From: Vulcanimicrobiota bacterium
GTDB taxonomy: Bacteria > Vulcanimicrobiota > Xenobia > Xenobiales > JADMJV01
Length of the DNA: 64,000 nucleotides
Direction: 5' to 3'
Assembly: GCA_050250895.1 (NCBI GenBank)
Contig: JBFWNU010000002.1
Span: 352,001-416,000, forward strand
The position numbers and the translations under genes were made by a program. Shown here in pieces: positions 39,308 to 47,489 of this stretch; the first letter of the stretch is position 1, and the number at the start of each line of letters is the position of its first letter. The notes below the pieces were generated by a model. That model made no database searches, had not been told where the DNA came from, and worked only from the letters and a program-made list of their open reading frames with translations.

Positions 39308-42300
39308 GTGGCCCAAACCCAACCCGCCGGCAATAGCTCGAGCCCAAAGACAACCACAACCGCTCGACCGCCAGCTCCCTCGAAACCCTCTCCAAGCCCG
39401 TCTGCTGGCAAAAGCGATCAAGTCAGCAAGTCGCCGGGGCAACACGAGTCACCCTCGAAAGGCGCCGAAAAGGTGGCCGACCAGTGGCGAGTCGAGCAGG
39501 CGACTCAGGCGGCAGCCGACACCGACGACCCCGACCTCAAAGCCCGCGCTGAAGAACTCAAGACCAAGAAGCAAGATCCCGAAGAAACTCGCAAAGAGGC
39601 CGAAAAGCTCTCGGAAGAGGCGGCCGCCCATCAGGTCATCCAGCGACTCTACGATAGCTTTCCGGCCTTCATGCGTCCGGTCAGTCAGGTCGACGACAAT
39701 CTGTCGAGCTACGACGCCCTCATGCAGGCCAAGCTCAAAGACGGCACTCCCTATGTAGTGGCCGGCAAGCCTGACCAATCGGGACTGCTGACCAATTCTC
39801 ACTTCACTGGCCAGTTCAAGCCCGGCGAAGCCGATATCCTCAAGCAGTGGATCGCCAGGGGCGCCCCCTCGTGGGATAAGCAGGCCGGCCCACCCAAGCC
39901 CGACCAGAAGGTCGAGCACTTCGGCATCGACCCCAAACGCCTCGAGCAACTCAAGGCCGGCAAACTCGGCGACAAAGAGAAGAAAGAACTGGCCGAGTCG
40001 ATGAAGGGCATGCTCGAGCGTTTCAAGGGCGCGGCCGAGGAGGCCTATGGAGGTGGCCACCCCGACTACTTCAACTACGACAACTTTGCCGACGACGGCT
40101 ATCAGATGCTGCTCGACGGTCGCGACGCCTCGATGCCCCCGGGCTTTGACGATGTGCCCGAGTTCTGGAAGGGTCTGGGAGTCAACAATCAAGACGAGGT
40201 CGACGCCTACAAGGACCACCTGGCCGGGGTAGTCGGGCTGTGGGAAAAGGCCGGCAAGCCGAACTGGGAAGTCAAAGCCGATGAACCCGTGGACAAGTCG
40301 GGCCTGGCCAGCCGCGTTCACGAGCTGATCTCGACCACCTGGGCCGAGCATATTCCCGAGGAGAAGCGCTCCTCCTACGAGGCCTTCATGAAGGCCAAGG
40401 ACAGCTTCGGCGCTCCCTATGTGGTGGCTGGAAAGCCCGAAGAGTCGGCTTTTCTCAATTATGCTCAGATGGACAACTCGCCCCAGCGCGACGAGCGGGT
40501 GCAGGCGGTGCGCGATTGGATCGCCGCTGGCGCCCCCAGCTGGGAGACGGGCAACAACCAGCAGAACGTGACTCCGCCCCCGGCCGGAGAGCGCACCATC
40601 ACCAACTTCTTCGGAGCCGGCGCCGCCGGCAGCGACGAGTTCAGGGCTCTCGAGGCGGCCGGCCAGAGCGGCCAGTTCAGCCAGCAGCAGAAAGACGACC
40701 TGGCCCGCACCATGCAGGCGTTCACCCAGTTCTGGATCGGTAACGGCGCCGCCGCCAGCCATCAGGAGTATTTCCAGCACGAGAACTTCACCGGTGAGGG
40801 CGGTGGGCTGGACGTGCTGATCAACCAGGGAGCAAGTTCGGCCGGCAAGATGCCTCCCAACTCGAACCTCAAAGAAGCCTTGAAGGCGGCCGGGGTCGAC
40901 AACCCCGACACCGAGGCCTGGCGAGCCCAGATGGCCAAAGTGGCCAGTCTCTACAAGCAGGCCGGAGCCCCCGACTGGAATCAACTGGCGCCCGTGGGCG
41001 ACACCAAACCGGTGGACCCCATCGACCAGGCCGCTCCCATCACCTCCGAGGTGCGTGACACGGCCATGCTCGACTATCTCAAAGGCCTGGAATGCGACCA
41101 GGCCCGCAACACCCGCTTTTTTACCCTGGATGCCGTCGGTAAGAACCAGGACGGAAGCTACAGCCGCAGGGCCCAGCTCAACAGCCTGACCATGCTACTC
41201 AACAACATGCACTTCAATCCCGAGGCGGTCAAACTCAAGGAGGTTCCCGGTTCGGAGGGGCAGGTCTATGCCCTGGACATGCGCGACATGATCGTCTATG
41301 ACGGGCGCAACCATGGTCGCCGCGGTTATGACTATGGCGGCGGCTACGGCGGCCAGGGCGGGTTTCGTAGCTGGACCAACGGCAACGAGTGGCAGCGGGT
41401 GCTCTCGGAATACCCTTACGGCCTGACCAACCACACCAGCACTCAGGACCAGATCTGCGCCCTGACCGGAACCTCCCAATCCCAGGTGCGCGGCGACTGG
41501 TTCACCGCCCAGGCGGTGGGCAACTTCGCCCTCGACCTGGTGATGCCCGGGGTCAACCACACCAACCAGCTCGAGCACATCTTCGGCATCGATCGGCGTA
41601 GCGACTTTCTCACGGGCAACATGATGCGGGCCGGCTTCACCCAGAGCGGCGTGGCCAACGAGCATCGCATCGTCGACGTGCACGAGGGCAAGTGGGGCAG
41701 CGTGTGGTGGAGCTATGACTTCAACGACACCAACTTCAACCAGAACATCTACGCAAACCCGCTGGGCCCGTTCCAGTTCGACCATCGGGGCGACAACCCT
41801 TACAGCCGTTTCGGCTTTCAAACGGCCGCCTCCGAGATTCTCTTGCGCCTGCCCGGCGGAGGCACCCTGGCCGTGCTCTCGGACGGCAACGGAAACTTCG
41901 CCAACAACGCTCCCGAGAACATCGCCTGGAACCGCCTGGGGCACCACGGCGGACCGACCATCTTCTCGGTGGGCTCGGGCCTGGTGGGCCATTCCGACGG
42001 AATGCAGCCCATCCACCACAAAGACGAGATGTACCACCTGGCTCACCAGACCGACGCCTTGCCGCCCATTCACTACGGCGGTTACGGTAACTATGGTGGC
42101 TATGGAGGCTACGGTGGTTACGGCGGCTACGGCAACTACGGCGGAGGCTACCTCGACGCTCAACGCCAACTCCAGCGCATCACGCGTCCGCCCGAGGACT
42201 GGGCCCGCATCGTCACCGAGTACAACCTGGCGAATTACGAACACTACCAGCGCCTGGGCATCGTCAGCTTCGAAAATGGCGAACTCGACAAGATTCGGGG

Positions 42301-43201
42301 TGCCTTGCGCGACACCCAGGGAGTCGACGTGACCAACTCGCTCACCACTGCCCGAACCGCTTCCACCGGCGCCCTCGGCTCGTTTGGCCCCAACGTAGGA
42401 CGCTATCACAACACCAACATCGAGATGGGCACGGTGGCTACCGAGATGAACCTCAACGAGCAGCAACTGACTACCCTGCAGAATGCCATCCGCGAAGGCG
42501 ATAGTCGCCTGGACACCATTGGCCATTACTATGGTATCGAGAATCTCAGCGCCACCCTCTCTCCGCTCCTGCGCGGAGGCGAGAACCACGGGATCAAGCG
42601 CGAGTCGTTCGAGCAGGCCTATCCGGCCATCGCCCGCTTTCTCGGCACCGGCTCGCCCCAGCTGTTCGACTTCTACGACCACGGCGGTAAGCTTGGTATC
42701 GGCGGACCGTTCCGTGACGGCTCGCGCAAGCTCGGCGGCAAGCGCCTCACCGCCAGCGACAACGCCAACGCCGACAAGCTCAACGGCGAGAACGACAACA
42801 AGCGCAACACCAACAATAACAACCGCGGCCGCTGTAACGGCAACCGCAAGATGAACAATGATCGCGATGCCGACCTGGAAGACATCGTGGCCGCTCAGGC
42901 CCGTATGCTCTTGCTGGCGGCCGGCCGCGGACTGCCCAATCGCGGGCGCTCGTTTGTCGACCCCTCGATGGTCTCGGCCGCCGGAGGCAATCTGGCTCCG
43001 CTGGCCTCGAGCTTTCTCTCCAACCTCGAGCGGATGGACGAACTCGGTATCGAGCCCAGCAAAAAGAACGAGTTGCTCATCCTGGCGGCCACCCCGGTAG
43101 CCATCTCGATCCTGATGGCCAACAGCCTGGGAGGACGTCTGGCCGGGCTCGACCTGGAAGGCTTTGGCCGCGAGGCCGCCTTTCAGCCGTTCGTAGCTTA
43201 A
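39308..43201 (+). CDS. ~1300-aa protein of degenerate cytochrome-c-like modules lacking CxxCH
   Basis: Two SSY...YVVAGKP..S...WI..GAPSW modules, two MPP...AG.P.W modules, and a C-terminal RGDWF/RAGF..SGV/W.SYDF/NPLGP/EI...LP.G domain; start uncertain. Confidence 0.8.
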   Translation: MAQTQPAGNSSSPKTTTTARPPAPSKPSPSPSAGKSDQVSKSPGQHESPSKGAEKVADQWRVEQATQAAADTDDPDLKARAEELKTKKQDPEETRKEAEKLSEEAAAHQVIQRLYDSFPAFMRPVSQVDDNLSSYDALMQAKLKDGTPYVVAGKPDQSGLLTNSHFTGQFKPGEADILKQWIARGAPSWDKQAGPPKPDQKVEHFGIDPKRLEQLKAGKLGDKEKKELAESMKGMLERFKGAAEEAYGGGHPDYFNYDNFADDGYQMLLDGRDASMPPGFDDVPEFWKGLGVNNQDEVDAYKDHLAGVVGLWEKAGKPNWEVKADEPVDKSGLASRVHELISTTWAEHIPEEKRSSYEAFMKAKDSFGAPYVVAGKPEESAFLNYAQMDNSPQRDERVQAVRDWIAAGAPSWETGNNQQNVTPPPAGERTITNFFGAGAAGSDEFRALEAAGQSGQFSQQQKDDLARTMQAFTQFWIGNGAAASHQEYFQHENFTGEGGGLDVLINQGASSAGKMPPNSNLKEALKAAGVDNPDTEAWRAQMAKVASLYKQAGAPDWNQLAPVGDTKPVDPIDQAAPITSEVRDTAMLDYLKGLECDQARNTRFFTLDAVGKNQDGSYSRRAQLNSLTMLLNNMHFNPEAVKLKEVPGSEGQVYALDMRDMIVYDGRNHGRRGYDYGGGYGGQGGFRSWTNGNEWQRVLSEYPYGLTNHTSTQDQICALTGTSQSQVRGDWFTAQAVGNFALDLVMPGVNHTNQLEHIFGIDRRSDFLTGNMMRAGFTQSGVANEHRIVDVHEGKWGSVWWSYDFNDTNFNQNIYANPLGPFQFDHRGDNPYSRFGFQTAASEILLRLPGGGTLAVLSDGNGNFANNAPENIAWNRLGHHGGPTIFSVGSGLVGHSDGMQPIHHKDEMYHLAHQTDALPPIHYGGYGNYGGYGGYGGYGGYGNYGGGYLDAQRQLQRITRPPEDWARIVTEYNLANYEHYQRLGIVSFENGELDKIRGALRDTQGVDVTNSLTTARTASTGALGSFGPNVGRYHNTNIEMGTVATEMNLNEQQLTTLQNAIREGDSRLDTIGHYYGIENLSATLSPLLRGGENHGIKRESFEQAYPAIARFLGTGSPQLFDFYDHGGKLGIGGPFRDGSRKLGGKRLTASDNANADKLNGENDNKRNTNNNNRGRCNGNRKMNNDRDADLEDIVAAQARMLLLAAGRGLPNRGRSFVDPSMVSAAGGNLAPLASSFLSNLERMDELGIEPSKKNELLILAATPVAISILMANSLGGRLAGLDLEGFGREAAFQPFVA

Positions 43202-43602
43202 CCGAGAGCCTTGAAGATGTTGGCGATAGCCGGGTTCTTCAACAACTGCGGCAGCGGGCCCTCATGGGCCGGGGGCGGGGTGGGCAAGGCAAACAGCAGC
43301 AGCGCGCCGCTACAGGCCATGGCTCCTCCGCCCACCAGGGCCAGGGTGGCCTGGCTGTCCATCGGCTCGCGTCCGATGCGATAGGCGTGCATCCCCGAGC
43401 CCACGGCGAAGGCTCCCATGCCGGCCGCGGTCAGCAGCGAGTTGTGGGTCAACCCTCCCACCAGGCTGACCGCCCCGCCGGCTAGCGACAGCACGGTGGC
43501 TACCGTGCTCGAGTCTTGCTCGGCCGCCGGCGCTGGTGGTGGCGTGGGGCTGGCTGCCCTGGCCGGCGTGGTGGTGCGTGTGGGTAGCGCGGTAATCCTC
43601 AT
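43198..43602 (-). CDS. small hydrophobic membrane protein with Pro/Thr-rich leader
   Basis: GGAGG RBS; three hydrophobic Gly/Ala segments. Confidence 0.75.
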   Translation of the reverse strand: MRITALPTRTTTPARAASPTPPPAPAAEQDSSTVATVLSLAGGAVSLVGGLTHNSLLTAAGMGAFAVGSGMHAYRIGREPMDSQATLALVGGGAMACSGALLLFALPTPPPAHEGPLPQLLKNPAIANIFKALG

Positions 43603-43654
43603 AAACCCTCCGATAGCAGGCTAAGGGAGTGGCCTTAAACTATCATCAAAGGGG

Positions 43655-44330
43655 CGACGGCTGCGCCGTCGAGAGGGGAGCCGCGACGGCTGCGCCGTCG
43701 AGAGGGGAGCTGCTTCGCAGAGAGGGGAGCGGAGCAGAGCTCCGGGATGGGAGCGAGTTGAGCTGTCGCTCAACTCGAGGTTTTGGGGTAGTCGACGCTT
43801 CGCGTCGTTAATCATTGGGCGGCTTCGCCGCCGGGTCGAGGGGGCGGAGGGCAACCGGGCTTTCGCCCGGAGAGGGGAGCTGCTTCGCAGAGAGTGGAGC
43901 TGCTTCGCAGAGATGGGAGCGGAGCAGAGCTCCGGGATGGGAGCGAGTTGAGCTGTCGCTCAACTCGAGGTTTTGGGGTAGTCGACGCTTCGCGTCGTTC
44001 ATCATTTGGCGGCTTCGCCGCCGGGTCGAGGGGGGCGGGGGCAGCCGCGACCGCTGCGCCGTCGAGAGGGGAGCCGGGCTGCGCCCGGAGAGGGGAGCTG
44101 CTTCGCAGAGATGGGAGCGGAGCAGAGCTCCGGGATGGGAGCGAACGACGGCTGCGCCGCCGACGAGGGGAGCCGGGCTGCGCCCGGAGAGGGGAGCTGC
44201 TTCGCAGAGAGGGGAGCGGAGCAGAGCTCCGGGATGGGAGCGAGTTGAGCTGTCGCTCAACTCGAGGTTTTGGGGTAGTCGACGCTTCGCGTCGTTCATC
44301 CATGGGCGGCTTCGCCGCCGGGTCGAGGGG
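43655..44330. repeat. mosaic mini-hairpin array, repeat family A
   Basis: Three copies of a ~110-bp core plus GACGGCTGCGCCGTC, CTGCTTCGCAG and CCGGGCTGCGCCCGG modules joined by GAGAGGGGAGC. Confidence 0.92.
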
Positions 44331-44360
44331 GCGGGGGGTCTCGGTCGCGAACTGGTTGCG

Positions 44361-44792
44361 ATGAGCATCTCGCCCAAGGAGTTCGAGAATGTGTCAGCTC
44401 TGTCTGGCGTCGGCCGGTTCAGCCACTTCGTGAAGCGGGTGGCGGATTGGGAAGAGCTATGGAGCTTGCGGTCGCCTGACGGCTGGGTGTTGCGGGGCGA
44501 CGAGGGGGGTGGGGAATACGTGCCGGTCTGGCCTCGGGCCGAGTATGCGCTGGCCTGTGCCACCGACATCTGGGCCGACTGCGCCCCCGCCCCGATTGCG
44601 CTCGATGAGTGGTTTGCGAAGTGGACTCCGGGCATGGCCAAAGATGGGCGCCGGGTCGAGGTTTTCCCCACTCCGTTCGCTTCTGGGCTCGTGCTGGCCC
44701 CCGAGGAACTGGCTCAGGCTCTGCGCGAGGAGTGCGCCAGGTATGGCGACTACGACGACTGCGATGGAGGCCCCGGTGGAACCGGTCCCTGA
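44361..44792 (+). CDS. DUF2750 family protein
   Basis: FVKRVADWEELWSL...DGW...PVWP..EYA..CA...W. Confidence 0.8.
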   Translation: MSISPKEFENVSALSGVGRFSHFVKRVADWEELWSLRSPDGWVLRGDEGGGEYVPVWPRAEYALACATDIWADCAPAPIALDEWFAKWTPGMAKDGRRVEVFPTPFASGLVLAPEELAQALREECARYGDYDDCDGGPGGTGP

Positions 44793-44802
44793 CGTCACGA
44801 GT

Positions 44803-45306
44803 ATGGCCAAGAGCTTGCAGGAGCTAGAAGAATTGGACTGGGGCGAGCCGACCTATAACTCGGCGGTGGACGGACGAGCCTATAGCTTGCGGAGGCTGCC
44901 GCTGGAACGGTTGAGCATCGACGACATCCGCTTTCTGGTGAGTCACGAAATCGGGCTTAAGTGGGTCTTGCCGCTTGCCCTCGAAAGGCTGCTGGTGGAG
45001 CCGCTGTGTGAAGCGAGCTATTACGCGGGGGATCTTCTCAAGAGTGTGATCCGCCTGGACCGGGTTCACTTCACCCCGTCTGGAGACGAGATTTCGAAGC
45101 TTCGTGAGGCGCTTGGACCGATCCAGCCGAGTGAGCTTAAGAGGCTCGAGTGTCCGGCCGATGTCGTCGAGACGATCGCTTTGTTCCTCGAGGACGGTCT
45201 TACGGCCACCTTCGAGCGGCCCCCCACATCTCGCGAGACATACGAGCGCTGGGTGACCCATATGCGATGGCACGCAAAGCACAAGCTGCCCCGTAGGCCG
45301 GGGTAG
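44803..45306 (+). CDS. CDI immunity protein (CdiI_3-like), orphan
   Basis: SLQELE..DWGEP...LRR.PL..L..DDIR.L...IGL..VLPLALE.L...PL.E..YY.GDLL. Confidence 0.85.
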   Translation: MAKSLQELEELDWGEPTYNSAVDGRAYSLRRLPLERLSIDDIRFLVSHEIGLKWVLPLALERLLVEPLCEASYYAGDLLKSVIRLDRVHFTPSGDEISKLREALGPIQPSELKRLECPADVVETIALFLEDGLTATFERPPTSRETYERWVTHMRWHAKHKLPRRPG

Positions 45307-45519
45307 ACGATGCGGCGAAGCGTTCCGCTATGAGCTCGACGGGCAGGCGAGTTCGACCACTACACGGTAGTTCTGTCGGGCAGCCGCCTCGCTCACGAAG
45401 GCGTCTTTCGCACCGACGCCGATAGCTTGGAGCATTGCCTTGCCCACGCCTTCGGCCACTACGCCCGCCTCGGCTGGCCTCCCCGGCCTCGACCGCTTTC
45501 AAATCGGCTTTACCTAGAC

Positions 45520-45600
45520 TCCTCGGCCGAAGGCCGCTCCCTGTCGCCGCAGGCGAGCGCTCGGCGGAGCTCCTTTCCAGCGGCGTAGCCGCTGTCCCCA
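45520..45600. repeat. short mini-hairpin cluster related to family A
   Basis: CGGCC-GAA-GGCCG, TCGCC-GCA-GGCGA, CAGCGGC-GTA-GCCGCTG with GCTCC linkers. Confidence 0.6.
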
Positions 45601-45663
45601 CTTTTTTACACTTTATTAACGTTGGCCCCGTAGTCTAGGCTCATCAAACCTGGAGGCAAACCA

Positions 45664-46197
45664 ATGTTAGCAGCTCTCAATACCGGTAAAGCAGCCAATG
45701 CGATGCGCGCCCTGGCGGTGCTCGGCACCGTGGCCGCGGCCGCCACTCCGGCGATGGCCGATGGGCCGGCTCGCATCCCGGCCGAGAGCTACACGCGCGC
45801 CGAGTTTGCCTCCGATTACCACACCGACGAAACGCTGGCCGAAGCGCAGATGAGCGTGGCTCGCATCCGGGCCGAGGTGGCCGAAGCCCGTCAGCACAGC
45901 GGAACCGACAGTATCGCGGTGGTCAATCAGGCTCCTCAGCAGCCGATCAAGCCCCAGGGCGAGAGCTTCACTCTTCCCTCGCCGAAAGGCTACGTGGTCA
46001 GCGTCGGCGAGAACGGCGGTCACGACTTCACCAGTTGGAATTGTCAGTCGGCCGGGCCCAGCTGGAGCTGCGATATCGACAGCTACACTCTCCATCCTGA
46101 CGGTCACGAAAGCTTCAAGAGCAGCGACCAGTTCGGCACTCTGTGGGTCGATCAGTTCCCCGACCGGGTCGACGTTCGGGCATCTTACCTCGAGTAG
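45664..46197 (+). CDS. hypothetical exported protein
   Basis: GGAGG RBS; h-region ending PAMA|D; one Cys pair. Confidence 0.78.
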   Translation: MLAALNTGKAANAMRALAVLGTVAAAATPAMADGPARIPAESYTRAEFASDYHTDETLAEAQMSVARIRAEVAEARQHSGTDSIAVVNQAPQQPIKPQGESFTLPSPKGYVVSVGENGGHDFTSWNCQSAGPSWSCDIDSYTLHPDGHESFKSSDQFGTLWVDQFPDRVDVRASYLE

Positions 46198-46253
46198 CCC
46201 GATGTTCATCCCCATTTCACATCTGGGCGCTACCGGCAGGGCAAAATCGGGTC

Positions 46254-46973
46254 ATGATTTCCGGAATGAGGTCCTGGTGGTCTTCTAACGTCAACCCTCA
46301 GGGCAATGACTTTCAATCCAAAGCCGCTCCCAAGGCGGCTGTCTACGGCGGAGCGATCGGTGCCGCTCTGGGAGCTGGTTACGGCGCCTATAACGTCAGC
46401 CAGGACAAGCCCTACTGGGCCACCGTCACCGACTGGGTCCCCAAAGGGGAATTGGGCCCTAACCCCGACCAGATCTTCGGCCCTCACACCGAGGCGTTGC
46501 TGCGCGAGGTGAAAGGTCGCTCCTCAGGGGCCGGCTCGGCGGATTCGACGATGCGCTACATGGCTTACGTCTCGAGCCACAGCCAGATCAGCCCCGAGTC
46601 GATGGCCAGCCTCTACAATACCCTCGAGAACCACTTCTCTGACGACGCCCAGGTTCGCTCGGCTCTTAACCTGGTGGCGGCCTATGTCGAGAAACATCCG
46701 GATCAGAAACCTTTCCAGGCAGCAGCGCTGTTGCTCAACGAAGCCAACGGTCGCAGCTTCGCCTCGGCCTCACAGTCGTTCCAGCAACGCTACGGACTGA
46801 CCCAGCAGGACCTCGAGCAAGCAACCGAGCGTCAGGAACTGCGCCACACCGCTATGCTCGGCCGCTTCGGCTATGCTGGCGGTATCGCCATCGGTGCCGC
46901 CGGTGGCGCCGCCATCGGTATCGGAGTCGGGGTCGCCTTCACCGCCCTGGCCCGAGTGGCCACCTCCGAGTAG
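46254..46973 (+). CDS. hypothetical protein with N- and C-terminal glycine zippers
   Basis: GGAIGAALGAGYG and GGIAIGAAGGAAIGIGVG; CAAAAT-N6-ATG. Confidence 0.78.
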   Translation: MISGMRSWWSSNVNPQGNDFQSKAAPKAAVYGGAIGAALGAGYGAYNVSQDKPYWATVTDWVPKGELGPNPDQIFGPHTEALLREVKGRSSGAGSADSTMRYMAYVSSHSQISPESMASLYNTLENHFSDDAQVRSALNLVAAYVEKHPDQKPFQAAALLLNEANGRSFASASQSFQQRYGLTQQDLEQATERQELRHTAMLGRFGYAGGIAIGAAGGAAIGIGVGVAFTALARVATSE

Positions 46974-46994
46974 TCAACTTCCGCCCGGAAGTTC

Positions 46995-47410
46995 CCGCTC
47001 CGACCTTTCGCGGGAGCACGGCCGCCTGGGCGGGTTTGCCGGGTTTGCTCCGAGTTTTTGTGGGAGCATGCTCCGACCTTTCGCGGGAGCACGACCACCT
47101 CGGCGGGTGGGCGGGTTTTGCTCCGAGTTTTTGTGGGAGCATGCTCCGACTTTTCGCGGGAGCACTGGCCGTGGCCCGGCGAGCGTCGGCTGGCTCCGGG
47201 GTTTTGTGGGAGCGTGCTCCGGCTTTTCGCGGGAACCAAGGCTGTGGCCCGGATTGCTCCGGCTTTTTCGCGGGAGCACTGGCCGTGGCCCGGCAAGCGT
47301 CGGCTGGCTCCGGGGTTTTGTGGGAGCGTGCTCCGGGATTTCGCTGGAACCAAGGCTGTGGCCCGGATTGCTCCGGCTTTTCGCGGGAGCACTGGCCGTG
47401 CCCGGCGAGC
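46995..47410. repeat. REP-like array of GCTCC-N11-12-GGAGC hairpins, repeat family C
   Basis: AGCACTGGCCGTG at 47161, 47275, 47388 (period ~114) plus shorter 5' units. Confidence 0.88.
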
Positions 47411-47489
47411 GGTCTTCCGCAAAAATTAACATCCCTGACAAACCACGGGCGATTGATGCGGATAGGATGAGAGTCCACAGGAGGAAGAC

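Noticed and set aside
39449-42682. Long antisense ORFs (39449-40984, 41195-42682, and similar ones elsewhere)
   Set aside because: Shadow frames of high-GC3 genes with no motifs
39308-43201. Genetic-code reassignment as the cause of the missing CxxCH cysteines
   Set aside because: The replacement codons differ (GGC, AGC, GCC, TAT), and Cys motifs in the radical SAM, thioredoxin and GmhB genes are encoded normally
43655-44330. CRISPR array (also considered for 2057-3045 and 46995-47410)
   Set aside because: No constant 25-45 bp repeat with unique spacers, and no cas genes
43808-44360. N-terminal 182 aa of ORF 43815-44792 and the antisense ORFs
   Set aside because: Translation of the repeat array; the DUF2750 domain starts at 44361
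47439-47465. Sigma28-like promoter CAAA-N15-GCGGATAG upstream of the S8 protease
   Set aside because: Three mismatches to consensus and not seen before the other leader-bearing genes
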